A stretch of 64,000 nt of DNA from an uncultured Chloroflexia bacterium. Lineage in GTDB: Bacteria > Chloroflexota > Limnocylindria > Limnocylindrales > CSP1-4. Both the position numbers and the translations under genes were made by a program. The notes beneath the pieces are model-generated. The model was given only the letters and a program-made list of their open reading frames with translations. It did no database searches and had not been told where the DNA came from. Below are positions 39,979-50,321 of this stretch, in pieces. The stretch covers positions 192,001-256,000 of the forward strand of contig CAVVJT010000007.1 of assembly GCA_963748625.1 (NCBI GenBank), written 5' to 3'. The stretch's first letter is position 1, and each line of letters begins with the position of its first letter.

Positions 39979-39992
39979 TGCTAACGTTTCCA
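39979..39992. promoter_or_regulatory. LacI-type operator, copy 2
   Basis: TGCTAACGTTTCCA. Confidence 0.65.
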
Positions 39993-40054
39993 GCCGAGGT
40001 AGCGGGCGCGCTGCGATCACATTCAAACGACACCTGGGGCCGTCAGGATCGCTC

Positions 40055-40082
40055 TTGACGAATTGCTGGATTGTCCTACAGT
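40055..40082 (+). promoter_or_regulatory. Promoter with embedded GntR-type operator, copy 5 (sugar ABC operon 2)
   Basis: TTGACG-AATTGCTGGATTGTCC-TACAGT. Confidence 0.82.
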
Positions 40083-40143
40083 GTGTCAGGTCACAGTGGC
40101 CCATGGCGATTGTGAGCGCGAGTTGCGCAGAGGAGGAGACGGC

Positions 40144-41319
40144 GTGATCACTGGTGTTCTTCGTATGCGAGGAGTCCGAGCGCTCGGAGTCCTGAGCATC
40201 GTTGCCGTAGTGGCGGCTGCCTGCGGAAGCAGCAGCGCGACCCCGGCCCCCGCGACCCCGGCCCCCGCCACCGCGGCTCCGGCGACCGCGGCTCCCGCGA
40301 CCGAGGCTCCGGCGACCGAGGCTCCGGCGACCGAGGCTCCTGCGACCGAGGCTCCTGCGGCCGGCGACTGGCCCGTCAATCCGTACGTCGACACCGGCGC
40401 GGTCGCGGGCAGCGGAGCCGGCACGAAGATCGGCTACATCTCGCTGGGCGAGCAGGTGCCCTTCGCGGTGCTCGTCTCGAACGGCATCAAGGAGCAGGCG
40501 GAGATCGCCGGCGCGGAGCTCGTCTTCTGCGATTCCAAGCTCGACACCCCGACGGCGCTCGCATGCGCACAGCAGTTCGCGGTCCAGGGCGTCCAGGGCG
40601 TCCTGAACTTCAACGTGGACCAGAAGGCTTCGCCCCAGATCTGCGACGCCTACAACAACGTCCCGACCATCGCGATCGACATCACCCAGCCGCCCTGCGA
40701 GGTCGCCTTCATGGGCGCGAACAACCATGAGGCCGGGCGCATCGCCGGCGCAGCCGTCGGGAAGTACGCCAAGGAGCAGTGGGACTGCGACTACACGGCC
40801 TACATCTCGCTGGAGTCCACCGGCGCCAAGGCCGCGAGCGACGCCCGGATGGGCGGCTACCGCGACGGTTTCAAGGAATACTGCCCGATCATCAACGAGA
40901 AGATCCAGCCCGACGTCGACCGCACGGACAAGGCGATCGGCACCATGGCTGACGTGTTCACGGCAACACCCGGCAACCGCCTGATCGTGGTCGGCATCAA
41001 CGAGGACGGCGTCATTGGCGCCCTCGCTGCGGCCAAGACCCTCGGCCGGGAGAAGGACGTCTTCGTCGGCGGCCAGGGCGCTGATGAGTTCGCGTGGAAG
41101 GACATCGCCTGCAATCCGCAGTACATCGCCTCGACGCTGTACTTCCCGGAGAACTACGGCAAGACGCTCATCCCCGCGATGCTCGACATCCTTGGCGGCA
41201 AGGCAGTCACGCCTGATGGCGCTGGCGGCACCGTTCCCCAGAACCTGTTCACCACGCACTCCGTCGTGAACAGTGAGAACATCCGAGACTTCTATCCCCA
41301 GATCGAGGCCTGCAGCTGA
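40144..41319 (+). CDS. Sugar ABC transporter substrate-binding lipoprotein
   Basis: Lipobox AAAC, PAT(E/A/P)A linker, KIGYIS and RMGGY; GTG after AGGAGGAG. Confidence 0.88.
   Translation: MITGVLRMRGVRALGVLSIVAVVAAACGSSSATPAPATPAPATAAPATAAPATEAPATEAPATEAPATEAPAAGDWPVNPYVDTGAVAGSGAGTKIGYISLGEQVPFAVLVSNGIKEQAEIAGAELVFCDSKLDTPTALACAQQFAVQGVQGVLNFNVDQKASPQICDAYNNVPTIAIDITQPPCEVAFMGANNHEAGRIAGAAVGKYAKEQWDCDYTAYISLESTGAKAASDARMGGYRDGFKEYCPIINEKIQPDVDRTDKAIGTMADVFTATPGNRLIVVGINEDGVIGALAAAKTLGREKDVFVGGQGADEFAWKDIACNPQYIASTLYFPENYGKTLIPAMLDILGGKAVTPDGAGGTVPQNLFTTHSVVNSENIRDFYPQIEACS
40237..40356 (+). repeat. Eight 15-bp tandem repeats encoding the ATxAP linker
   Basis: Consensus GCGACCGAGGCTCCN, 8 units. 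Confidence 0.85.
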
Positions 41320-41366
41320 CGCATCCAGGCCAGAGTTCGAGCGGATAGGCAACGCAAGGCGACGCT

Positions 41367-42857
41367 ATGACGTTCGAACTGCGCGCCCGTCAGATCCGGA
41401 AGTCCTTCGGTGGCGTCGAGGTTCTCCACGGTGTGGACCTCGACGCAACCGGCGGCTCCGTTCTCGCCCTGCTGGGTGAGAACGGAGCCGGCAAGTCGAC
41501 GCTCGTCAAGATCATCGCCGGCGACTACCAAGCCGATTCCGGCGAGATCCAGATCGAGGGCGCGAGCTACGGCGTGCTCACCCCACGCGAAGCCCGCGCC
41601 CTCGGCGTTGCCATCATCTTCCAGGAGTTCCAGGATGCGTCGACGCTGACGATCGCTGAGAACATCTCCCTGGGTCGAATCCCCAACAGCCGCGGTGTCG
41701 TGTCGTGGCGAGCAATGCGCGATCGCGCCCGGACCATCCTCGACCAGCTCGGCGTGGAGCTCGACGTGGATCGCCTGGTGGGCACCCTGCGCGTCGGCGA
41801 GCGCCAGATGGTCGAGATCGCCAGGTCCCTGTCGGGGTCGGCGCGACTGCTCATCCTCGACGAGCCGACTGCTGCGCTCTCCCACCACGAGGCTCAGACG
41901 CTGTTCGGCTTCATCCGGCGCTTGCGCGACCAGGGTGTCGCCATCATCTACATCACCCACCGCCTGGATGAGGTGACCGAGATCGCCGACCGGGTGCAGG
42001 TCCTGCGCGATGGCGCGACCTCACTGCTCGCGGACGTGAAGGACACCGACCGGTCGCGGATGATCGAAGCCATGATCGGACGACGCATGGCAGAGGTGGG
42101 GCGTCCGGAGGCGCCCACCCATACCATCGGCGAGGAAGCGGTGCTGCGCTGGACCGGCGCCGGTCTGGGCGACACGTTCGACGGTGTCGACGTCTCGGTC
42201 AAGCCAGGCGAGGTCGTGGCCCTCTTCGGAAAGCTGGGCTCGGGAGCCGCGGAGGTCGGTGAGTCGGCCTTCGGAATGCGGCACCTGGATCGGGGCACAC
42301 TCGAGGTCCAGGGCACGATAGCGACGTTCGATCGGCCATATGGCGCCATCGGAGCGGGCATCGGCTTCCTGCCGGCCGACCGCAAGGAGGGTGGCGCATT
42401 CGCCGTCCGGCCCGTGGCGGAGAACGTGGCGGTCGCAAGCTGGCCCGTTCTTTCCCGGTTCGGGATCATCCGTGACAGCACCGAAGCCGCTGCGTTCCGA
42501 CGGTGGCGCGATCGCCTGTCGATCCGCTCCCGCAATGACCCCAAGCAGGCCATGGGAACGCTGTCGGGCGGCAACCAGCAGAAGGTGCTGCTGGCGCGGT
42601 GGCTGGAGCGCAACTCGCGGGCGCTGGTGCTCATCGAACCCACCCGCGGCGTCGACGTCGGGGCCCGGGAAGACATCTATCGCGCGCTCCGCGATCTCGC
42701 CGCCCATGGGATGGCGATCCTCGCCGTGACATCCGACTATGAGGAAGCCGTGCAGCTGGCCGATCGTGCCTACGTCATGAGCAAGGGACGCGTGGCAATC
42801 GAGCTGACCGGACCCGAGATCAGCACGACTCGGCTGCTCGCGGCCGCAGGAGGGTAG
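41367..42857 (+). CDS. Sugar ABC transporter ATP-binding protein
   Basis: GENGAGKST, LDEPTA, LSGGNQQKV and EPTRGVD. Confidence 0.94.
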   Translation: MTFELRARQIRKSFGGVEVLHGVDLDATGGSVLALLGENGAGKSTLVKIIAGDYQADSGEIQIEGASYGVLTPREARALGVAIIFQEFQDASTLTIAENISLGRIPNSRGVVSWRAMRDRARTILDQLGVELDVDRLVGTLRVGERQMVEIARSLSGSARLLILDEPTAALSHHEAQTLFGFIRRLRDQGVAIIYITHRLDEVTEIADRVQVLRDGATSLLADVKDTDRSRMIEAMIGRRMAEVGRPEAPTHTIGEEAVLRWTGAGLGDTFDGVDVSVKPGEVVALFGKLGSGAAEVGESAFGMRHLDRGTLEVQGTIATFDRPYGAIGAGIGFLPADRKEGGAFAVRPVAENVAVASWPVLSRFGIIRDSTEAAAFRRWRDRLSIRSRNDPKQAMGTLSGGNQQKVLLARWLERNSRALVLIEPTRGVDVGAREDIYRALRDLAAHGMAILAVTSDYEEAVQLADRAYVMSKGRVAIELTGPEISTTRLLAAAGG

Positions 42858-42859
42858 GC

Positions 42860-43933
42860 ATGGCAGACGACAAGCCGTCCGGCGGGACGACACGAGCGGC
42901 CGCGGATCCGCTGGAGACTGGATCGGGCACCAACGAGGCCCTGGTCGCGGCGACCAAGAAGACGGCCGGCGCGCGTTCACGCGTGTCCTTGCCCGAGACC
43001 GCCGTGCTGTTCGCCGTGCTTGCCGTGCTCGTGATCTTCTTCTCGATCACGTCACAGTACTTCCTGAACACAGCGAACCTGATCAACATCCTCCAGAACG
43101 TGGCGCGCATCGGCATCGTGGCCTGCCCGGCGACCTTGCTGATGATCGGCGGCCAGTTCGACCTCTCGGTCGGCTCCGCTTCGGCCTTCGTGGCCATGGT
43201 GGCCGCCATCGCTGCCGCGACGTCAGGATCACCGATCACGCCGGGTCTGCCGCTGTGGGCGGCGCTTCTCGCAGGACTGATTGCCGCGTTCCTCGTCGGC
43301 ATCCTGAACGCGGTGGCCGTCACCTTCTTCCGCATCAACGCCCTTATCACCACGCTGGCCACCCTGGCCATTCTGCGCGGGCTGACCAAGGTTGCGAGTG
43401 ACGGACAGACGGTCCGCCTCGACGAGTTCACCTGGCTCGGCACAAGCCGCGTCCTGGGGCTGCCGATCCCGGTCTACATCTTCGCCGCCGTTGTCGTGGT
43501 GTTCTTCTTCCTCCTTCGGTACACGACGTACGGACGCTCGATGTATGCCATCGGCGCCAGTCCCACTGCGGCTCGACTGGCCGGCATCCGGACGGACCGG
43601 GCCATCTTCATCGCGTTCATCCTGTCGGCGGCCATGGCCGGACTCTCCGGGTTGATCCTCGTGTCCCAGGTCGGGAGCGCCTCGCCCAACGCCGGCCTCG
43701 GCCTCGAGCTCTCCGTTGTCACGGCGGTCGTCCTGGGTGGCGCCAGCCTGGCCGGTGGCCGTGGATCGATCGTGGGCACGACGCTGGCCGTGCTCATCAT
43801 CGGCGTGCTTGGCAACGGCCTCATCCAGTTGGCAGTCCCTTCCTACTGGATCGATGTCGCGGGCGGTGTCCTGCTCCTCGTGGCAGTGGGCTTCGACCAG
43901 GTGCGGGTGCGGTTCTCGCGAGCGACCAACTAG
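42860..43933 (+). CDS. Sugar ABC transporter permease
   Basis: GQFDLSVG, YAIGAS..AARLAGI and VVLGGASLAGGRG. Confidence 0.93.
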   Translation: MADDKPSGGTTRAAADPLETGSGTNEALVAATKKTAGARSRVSLPETAVLFAVLAVLVIFFSITSQYFLNTANLINILQNVARIGIVACPATLLMIGGQFDLSVGSASAFVAMVAAIAAATSGSPITPGLPLWAALLAGLIAAFLVGILNAVAVTFFRINALITTLATLAILRGLTKVASDGQTVRLDEFTWLGTSRVLGLPIPVYIFAAVVVVFFFLLRYTTYGRSMYAIGASPTAARLAGIRTDRAIFIAFILSAAMAGLSGLILVSQVGSASPNAGLGLELSVVTAVVLGGASLAGGRGSIVGTTLAVLIIGVLGNGLIQLAVPSYWIDVAGGVLLLVAVGFDQVRVRFSRATN

Positions 43934-43976
43934 GATCGGTCCCGGGCATCGCACGCCCGGGGTGCTGGGTGATGCA

Positions 43977-45083
43977 GTGACCGACGACGGCATCAGGCCG
44001 GCCCTGCCGGGCCGCGGCACAGACGGTCGGCTCCGGCTCGGCGTGATCGGCGCCGGCGCCTGGGCCGTCGCGGCGCACATCCCGGGGTTCCTCCACCGGC
44101 CCGAGGTGGAACCGTGGATCGTCAACCGTCGCGACCCGGCGATCCTGGAGGTCATCCGCGACCGCTTCGGTTTCGCGCACGCGGTGACGGACTGGCGGGA
44201 GGTCATCGCCGCCCGCCCGGACATCGTCGCATTGACCGGGCCGCTCGCGTTACGCGCCCAGCAGGCCCGGGCCGCGATCGAGGCGGGCATCCACGTGCTT
44301 GCGGAGAAGCCGTTCACCCTCGACCCCGACGACGCCTGGGCGATCGACGGGCTGGCGCGCGAGCGGGGCGTTCACGTCGTCTTGTGCTACGCGTGGAACG
44401 AGATGGGGATCAGCGAACATGCGCGACGCCTCGTGCACGGGCCGGACGGGATCGGCAAGGTCGAGCACGTCTCGGTGGAGATGGCGACGATCGTCCGCGA
44501 CCTCCTCACCGCTGGAACCACCTACATCGGGGATCCCGACGTCCCGCTCCCGCGGGCTGAGACGTGGTCTGAGCCGGCCGTCTCCGGTGGCGGCTACGGC
44601 CAGGGCCAGCTGACGCATGCGCTCGGGCTGGTCATGCGGCTCCTGCCCGACGCGCGAGCGCGACGGATCGCGGCACTGACCGCGGGGGCCGGCGCAAAGG
44701 TCGACCTGCACGATGCGATCGTGATCGAGTTCGAGGACGGCTCGATTGGATCCGTCGGGGGCGCGTCACTCCCGCTCGGGACGTTCGGCAACCAGCACCA
44801 GCTGACGATTCGCGTCACGGGTGAGCGCGGACAGGTCGTGCTCGACATGGCCGCGCCCCGGGTCGCCCGCTCGATGGGCAACGACGACACCTCCGTGGAG
44901 CTTGCCGAGGATGACGTCCTCTGGTCCTTCGACCGCGTCACCGACCGGATCGTCGACCTTGTCCTCGGGCGCACGGACATCAACCCGTCGCCCGCGTCGC
45001 TTGGCGCCCGCGTCGTGGAGATCCTCGACGGGATGTACCGGAGTGCGGCGTCGGGTCGCTTCGAGCTGATCGACCGCGCCTGA
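43977..45083 (+). CDS. Gfo/Idh/MocA family oxidoreductase
   Basis: LGVIGAG, HVLAEKP and SGGGYGQGQLTH. Confidence 0.9.
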   Translation: MTDDGIRPALPGRGTDGRLRLGVIGAGAWAVAAHIPGFLHRPEVEPWIVNRRDPAILEVIRDRFGFAHAVTDWREVIAARPDIVALTGPLALRAQQARAAIEAGIHVLAEKPFTLDPDDAWAIDGLARERGVHVVLCYAWNEMGISEHARRLVHGPDGIGKVEHVSVEMATIVRDLLTAGTTYIGDPDVPLPRAETWSEPAVSGGGYGQGQLTHALGLVMRLLPDARARRIAALTAGAGAKVDLHDAIVIEFEDGSIGSVGGASLPLGTFGNQHQLTIRVTGERGQVVLDMAAPRVARSMGNDDTSVELAEDDVLWSFDRVTDRIVDLVLGRTDINPSPASLGARVVEILDGMYRSAASGRFELIDRA

Positions 45084-45135
45084 TCCCCTGCCGGGCCGGC
45101 CCCACCCGGCTGTCCCTACCGGGCCGTCCCCGGTA

Positions 45136-46314
45136 TCAGCCCGGCGTGATGCCGCGCGGTGGCTCCGTCGCAAGCGGCTCGATCGGCACGCGCTCGCCGG
45201 CCCGGAGTACGGCGACCGGGACCAGGCACCGGTCGGCCTCCCGCGCGATCCCGTGCGAGTCGACCAGGCGCGTCCGACCCTCCTGCAGCAGGAGGACCGT
45301 CACGTCCGCCTCCGCGCCCACCGCGAGGCGCCCCAGCCCGGCGCCGGCGGTTCCGAGCGCCGCCGCCGGCGCGACGGTGGCCATCTCGATCACCTCGGCC
45401 AGCGGGATCCCGAGGAGCAGGAGCTTCGAGAGCGTCGTCGCGAGATCATGGACGGGGCCCGCCACGTTGAAGCGGTGGAGGTCCGAGCTGATCGTGTCAG
45501 GCTGGAAACCGTCGGCGAGGGCCGCCTCGGCGACCTTCCAGGTGAAGCTTCCGGCACCGTGTCCCACGTCGAACATGACGCCACGTGCTCTTGCCTCGAG
45601 CGCGCCGGGCACGGCCCGACCGTCGTCCGTCACGAGGGCTCCCGGCTGCCAGCCGGTGTACGCGTGCGTGATGATGTCGCCCGGTCGAAGCCGCGCGAGC
45701 ACCTCCTCGATGTCGAATGCCGTCCCGCCGATGTGCGCCATCACCGGCAGACCGGTGGCCCGTCCCGCCTCGAGGGCACGCTCGAGGCCCGCGAGCCCGT
45801 TGGGGCCGGCGAGCATCTGGGAGAGCCGGACCTTGAATCCGACGATGACGTCAGGGTTCGCCAGGGCGACCGCTGCCGCGCGCTCCGGATCCGCGAACCG
45901 CAGGTCGTGCAACTCGCCGAAGAACGGGTCGATCTGGCCGGTGAGGGAGATATTGAGATACGCGAGCACCCGGCCCCGGGACGGCTCGACCACCCACCGG
46001 CGAAACCCCGGAAACGTGTTCGCCCCGGAGGATCCCGCATCCACAACCGTCGTCACGCCGCGCCCGAGGCAGGTGGGGTCGGCCTCGACGGAAAGGTCGG
46101 CGACGCCCGGGTACACGTGGGCGTGGAGATCCACGAGCCCGGGCACGACGAGCGTGCCCGTGACGTCGAGGACGTCGGCGGCATCCAGGCCCGAGAGGTG
46201 CGGCTCAATCGCTGCGATGCGACCGCTCGCGATCCCGACATCACACCGGTCGTGCAGCCCGCTCGCCGGATCGATGACGGTGCCGCCGGAGAGGACCAGA
46301 TCGTAGGTTGTCAT
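45136..46314 (-). CDS. Amidohydrolase/deacetylase (dihydroorotase-like, COG3964)
   Basis: PGLVDLHAH, GVTTVVDAGS, FKVR, DVGHGAGSF and TISSDLH. Confidence 0.88.
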   Translation of the reverse strand: MTTYDLVLSGGTVIDPASGLHDRCDVGIASGRIAAIEPHLSGLDAADVLDVTGTLVVPGLVDLHAHVYPGVADLSVEADPTCLGRGVTTVVDAGSSGANTFPGFRRWVVEPSRGRVLAYLNISLTGQIDPFFGELHDLRFADPERAAAVALANPDVIVGFKVRLSQMLAGPNGLAGLERALEAGRATGLPVMAHIGGTAFDIEEVLARLRPGDIITHAYTGWQPGALVTDDGRAVPGALEARARGVMFDVGHGAGSFTWKVAEAALADGFQPDTISSDLHRFNVAGPVHDLATTLSKLLLLGIPLAEVIEMATVAPAAALGTAGAGLGRLAVGAEADVTVLLLQEGRTRLVDSHGIAREADRCLVPVAVLRAGERVPIEPLATEPPRGITPG

Positions 46315-48203
46315 GCGGGCTGCACCTCGAGGAGGCACTCGGCCAGCTCGCCCCGTGGCTGGCCGTCGAGTGTGATGTCGACGGTGATCACGGTACGGCC
46401 GGTGGCAGCATCGCCGGGCACGCGGATGTCGAACTCGATCCGGACCTCGGCACCGGGCGGCACGGTCGCCGTGGCCACGGCCGGCGTCGCCGACCAGCCC
46501 GGTGGCAGGCGAAGGCGGGCGCTCGCTGGCCGCCCGACCGCGGCGTGGTTGCGGATGATCACGCGCGTCCGCACCACGTCCCCGGGCGAGACGGTCGCCC
46601 GGTAGGGGTCGAAGCGCGCCACGTATGGATCGAGCGCCTCGTTCTCGAGCCCGGGAACGGACGTGAGCCGGGAGAAGACGAGCTCGAGCTCCCGCGCCCA
46701 GGCGACGAAGTCATCGAGATCAGCACGGGTCACCTCCATGGCTCCGGTGTGCCCCGAGAGGAGGACCTGGGGTTCGTGCTCGATGAGCCGCTCGACACCA
46801 ACCCTGATCGAGTCGAGGCGAAGGACGTTCCGGTAGATCGGCGCGGCAGCCCGAAGGGGGCTCAGTGAGCCGGCCAGGAGGTTGTCACCCGTGTAGGCGA
46901 CGCGCACGCCGTCGATCGTCCCGGCCAGGCCAAGGGCGAACTCGGTGTGGCCCGGCATGTGGAAGACCTCGAGCTGCGCGTGCGCATGGTCCACGGTGTC
47001 CCCGTCCGCGAGGACCCGGTCGACGCGGATCGGCTCCGCCAGCAGACAGGGCAGGTCGTACCGCCAGGGCTCGGCGACGATGCCGGCGAACGTGGAGTGG
47101 ACCCACGCCTCGGTGCCGTGCGCCCGCTGGAGCCACGGGACACCGGCGAGATGATCATCGTGGTAGTGGCTCGGCACCGTCGCGATGGCGCGCTTCAGCC
47201 CCGCCCCGGCACGGAGGTCATCGAGCGTGTGGGCAACGAACCGCTGGTCTGCATAGAAGTGGTCCCAAGACGGGAAGCCATAGTCGAGGATGATCGCATC
47301 GCCCGCGTCGTCGATGAGGGCATAGGTGTTCGCCACGCTGTGGCTGTTCACCCAGACATGGGGAAGGACCCGGGTGAGCGGCTGGTCGACGCTGGACGGC
47401 CACGTCAGCCACACGCGGTTGCGGCGGACCTCGGCAAGCAGCGCCGCGAGCTGGCGGAGGTTCGCTGCGAGCGCCTCGAGTGCCGCCAGCCCGTCGGTGA
47501 TCGGGCGACCGTGCGACGGCAGCAGCGTGCGTGGTCCGCGGCGCCCGAGCGCCAGGGTCGAGTGGAGCGCCGCACCGACCGCGTCCGGCATCCCGTACTG
47601 CCACTGGAGGTCATGGATCGTGTGAACGGTGCCCACGCCGGCGATGAGGTCGCCGGTGAACGCGACCGCGGCTCCGTCGATGGTCGCAACGAGGCTGATC
47701 GAGCCCTTGGTGTGGCCGGGTGTCGGGAGCACCTCGAATGTGCCGCCGGCCCACGAGACCAGCTCGTGATCACGGAGGCCCCGGGCGACCGGGACGGGGG
47801 TGGCACGCGTGAAGCCGGTGCTCGACGCGTCATAGCTGTCGTAGGTCCGCCGCAGCTGCCAGAAGGCATCCGTCGCGTCGAACAGGCCCCGCTCCCGCTC
47901 CGGCACCCAGATGGGGATGCCGAGCGCTGCCGCCCGGCCGTCGCCGCCGCACTGGTCGCGGTGATGATGCGTGTGCGCGATCGCGACGATCTCGCGGACC
48001 CCGGTCTCCTCGAGGACGTCGAGGATCCCGCCGGACCCGAAGTCGACGAGGAGTCCCCGCTCCCCGGCGGCCCACAGGTACACATCACAGGTGTCGCGAT
48101 ACCACCACAGGCTCGGCGAGAGTCGGACGAGCCTGCCGACCGGCTCCCCACCCGACGGCGGACTCCCCGGTCCGCTGCCGTCGCGGGAGGGCGAGTGGCT
48201 CAC
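46311..48203 (-). CDS. Tandem metallo-beta-lactamase-fold hydrolase with a C-terminal Ig-like domain
   Basis: THHHRDQ...PGHT...GD, then SHYHDDH...PGHT...GD, and a beta-rich tail (LPPGW). Confidence 0.8.
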   Translation of the reverse strand: MSHSPSRDGSGPGSPPSGGEPVGRLVRLSPSLWWYRDTCDVYLWAAGERGLLVDFGSGGILDVLEETGVREIVAIAHTHHHRDQCGGDGRAAALGIPIWVPERERGLFDATDAFWQLRRTYDSYDASSTGFTRATPVPVARGLRDHELVSWAGGTFEVLPTPGHTKGSISLVATIDGAAVAFTGDLIAGVGTVHTIHDLQWQYGMPDAVGAALHSTLALGRRGPRTLLPSHGRPITDGLAALEALAANLRQLAALLAEVRRNRVWLTWPSSVDQPLTRVLPHVWVNSHSVANTYALIDDAGDAIILDYGFPSWDHFYADQRFVAHTLDDLRAGAGLKRAIATVPSHYHDDHLAGVPWLQRAHGTEAWVHSTFAGIVAEPWRYDLPCLLAEPIRVDRVLADGDTVDHAHAQLEVFHMPGHTEFALGLAGTIDGVRVAYTGDNLLAGSLSPLRAAAPIYRNVLRLDSIRVGVERLIEHEPQVLLSGHTGAMEVTRADLDDFVAWARELELVFSRLTSVPGLENEALDPYVARFDPYRATVSPGDVVRTRVIIRNHAAVGRPASARLRLPPGWSATPAVATATVPPGAEVRIEFDIRVPGDAATGRTVITVDITLDGQPRGELAECLLEVQPA

Positions 48204-48304
48204 GGTGCGCGCGTCCTCACGCCGGGCTGTGGAGGAGCCCGGTGCGGCCGCCGGGTGACCCGGTCCAGCCGGTCCCGATGTCCGCCGTCATCACGAGGAC
48301 TACC

Positions 48305-49015
48305 TCAGTCGATCAGGAAGCCGCCATTGATGTCGGTGACCTCGCCGGTGATATACCCGGCGTGCTCCGAGCACAGGAACGCGACGAGCGCGGCGACCTC
48401 GTCGGTGGTCCCGAAGCGGCCGACGGGGATCCGCGTCACGAGATCGCGGGTCGCGGCGATCATCTCGGTGTCGATGAGTGCGGGCGCGAGGGCATTCGAG
48501 GTGATCCCGAACTTCGCGTACTCGTTGGCGATGGACTTCATCATCGTCATGAGGGCGCCCTTCGACGCCGCGTAGGCGGCGATCGATCGCGCGCCACCGG
48601 CCTTGCCGGCAGACGACCCGATCCCCAGCAGCCGTCCGTACCCCTGCTCGCGCATGCCCGGGAGTGCCCGCCGCGCGGCCAGGAACGCCCCCGTGAGGTT
48701 GATCGCCAGCGTCCTGTTCCAGAGCTCGAGCGTGGTCTCCTCGAACGGGACGATCGGGTAGATGCCCGCGTTGAGTACCAGCACCGAGACGGTGCCCAGC
48801 GTCTCCTCCACCTGCGTGAAGGCGGCGTCAATGGCGGTTTCGCTGCTCACGTCGCACGCGATCCCGAGGATCCCCGGGTGGTCGGGAGCCGCGAGGTCCA
48901 GGGCCGCCACGCGGGCACCGTTGGCGGCAAGCGTCTCCACGATCGCCTTGCCGATCCCACGCTGCGCGCCCGTCACCACCGCCACCCGACCGTCCAGGCC
49001 GTCGACCCTGATCAT
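48305..49015 (-). CDS. SDR family oxidoreductase (FabG-like)
   Basis: TGAQRGIG, NAG and YAASK. Confidence 0.92.
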   Translation of the reverse strand: MIRVDGLDGRVAVVTGAQRGIGKAIVETLAANGARVAALDLAAPDHPGILGIACDVSSETAIDAAFTQVEETLGTVSVLVLNAGIYPIVPFEETTLELWNRTLAINLTGAFLAARRALPGMREQGYGRLLGIGSSAGKAGGARSIAAYAASKGALMTMMKSIANEYAKFGITSNALAPALIDTEMIAATRDLVTRIPVGRFGTTDEVAALVAFLCSEHAGYITGEVTDINGGFLID

Positions 49016-49048
49016 CGCCGTCTCCCTGGCAAGCCCGGAGCACCGGGC

Positions 49049-49062
49049 TGGTTACGTTTCCA
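49049..49062. promoter_or_regulatory. LacI-type operator, copy 3
   Basis: TGGTTACGTTTCCA, downstream of a minus-strand extended -10 (TGGTAGCGT). Confidence 0.7.
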
Positions 49063-49143
49063 GTGCCACGCTACCACACGGCCTCGCCGGGGGCCACTCG
49101 GACTCGTGGGAACCCATGGAGGTCGGAGCCGCCAGCCTGGGGG

Positions 49144-49171
49144 TTGACGCACTGCCAGATTGTCCTACAGT
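49144..49171 (+). promoter_or_regulatory. Promoter with embedded GntR-type operator, copy 6
   Basis: TTGACG-CACTGCCAGATTGTCC-TACAGT. Confidence 0.82.
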
Positions 49172-49257
49172 CAGCGGAGTAGCGTTGGCGCGGCCCGCCA
49201 CAGGCCATCGGCGCCTTCGCGGAGTCATCCGCCCTCGGGACAATCTGCGAGTCCACC

Positions 49258-50088
49258 ATGCTCATCATTGACGCTCACGTCCACGTCTACTCGCCTGACG
49301 AGGCGCGCTACCCACCCAAGCCGGATGCCCGGCGGCCGCCCATGGGAGCTGGTTCGGTCGAGCAGCTCGATCGCCTGTGCCTCGAGAACGGCGTCTCCCG
49401 CGTCGCGCACATCAATGCCCTGAGCTTCTACGGCTACGACAACCGGTTCCTTCTCGACCTCACGGCGCTGCGCGACGGGCGCATGGCGGCCATCTGCACG
49501 CTGGATGGTGAGGATCCCGACAGCCCGGCTCAACTTGCGTTGCTTGCCCGCGCCGGCGGCGTCCGGGGCATCCGGATGGTGCCCCCCGCCCCCGGGGGAC
49601 TCCAGCGGCCTGGCGTCCGTGCCCTGTGGCGGGCGGCTGCGGACCTCGGGCTCGTGGTGAACGTCGTCGTGGGCCGGGAGCAGGCCGGGGCCCTCGCTGC
49701 CCTGCTCGTCGAATTCCCCGACACGCCCACCGTCATCGAGCACGCGCTCATGATCCAGGCCACCACGGATCGAGCGGCTACCCTGCGGGATCTGCAGCAG
49801 CTGTCCCGCTTCCCGAACGCGGTTGCGGAGCTGGTGGACCTGCCGCTGCTGAGCACTGGCCCGTTCCCGTTCGATGACGCGTTCCCGACCTGCCTCGCGA
49901 TCATCGAGTCGTTCGGACCCGAGCGCTGCGTGTGGGGAAGCAGCTACCCCGCAGAGCTCTGGATGCCGAACACGACGTACCGGGAGAGCCTGGACGCGAT
50001 ACGCGTGGAGCTCCCGATCGACGACGGAGCGCGCGCCGCGATCCTCGGGATGACAGCCGATCGCCTCTGGTTCAGCCCGTCCCACTGA
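49258..50088 (+). CDS. Amidohydrolase family protein (lactonase-like)
   Basis: IDAHVH, GVRGIR, IEH and FGPERCVWGSSYP. Confidence 0.85.
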   Translation: MLIIDAHVHVYSPDEARYPPKPDARRPPMGAGSVEQLDRLCLENGVSRVAHINALSFYGYDNRFLLDLTALRDGRMAAICTLDGEDPDSPAQLALLARAGGVRGIRMVPPAPGGLQRPGVRALWRAAADLGLVVNVVVGREQAGALAALLVEFPDTPTVIEHALMIQATTDRAATLRDLQQLSRFPNAVAELVDLPLLSTGPFPFDDAFPTCLAIIESFGPERCVWGSSYPAELWMPNTTYRESLDAIRVELPIDDGARAAILGMTADRLWFSPSH

Positions 50089-50211
50089 CGGGCGCTGTCC
50101 CGGGCGCTGTCCCGAGCGCCGTCACCGGCCCGGTTGGACGCGTCGCGCCGGCCCACCTTCGGGTCGCGTGGATCGCCGTCGCCGCGACGATCTCGGCGCC
50201 CAGGCGTTCGA

Positions 50212-50312
50212 GGCCGCACCTCGGGCGCGGGGCCGCACCTCGGGCGCGGGGCCGCACCTCGGGCGCGGGGCCGCACCTCACCCACGGGGCCGCACCTCAC
50301 CCACGGGGCCGC
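50212..50312. repeat. 19-bp tandem repeat (5+ units, two variants) between convergent genes
   Basis: GGCCGCACCTCGGGCGCGG x3, then GGCCGCACCTCACCCACGG x2. Confidence 0.9.
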
Positions 50313-50321
50313 CCGTGTCGA

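Noticed and set aside
50212-50312. CRISPR-like repeat
   Set aside because: The units are directly tandem with no unique spacers.
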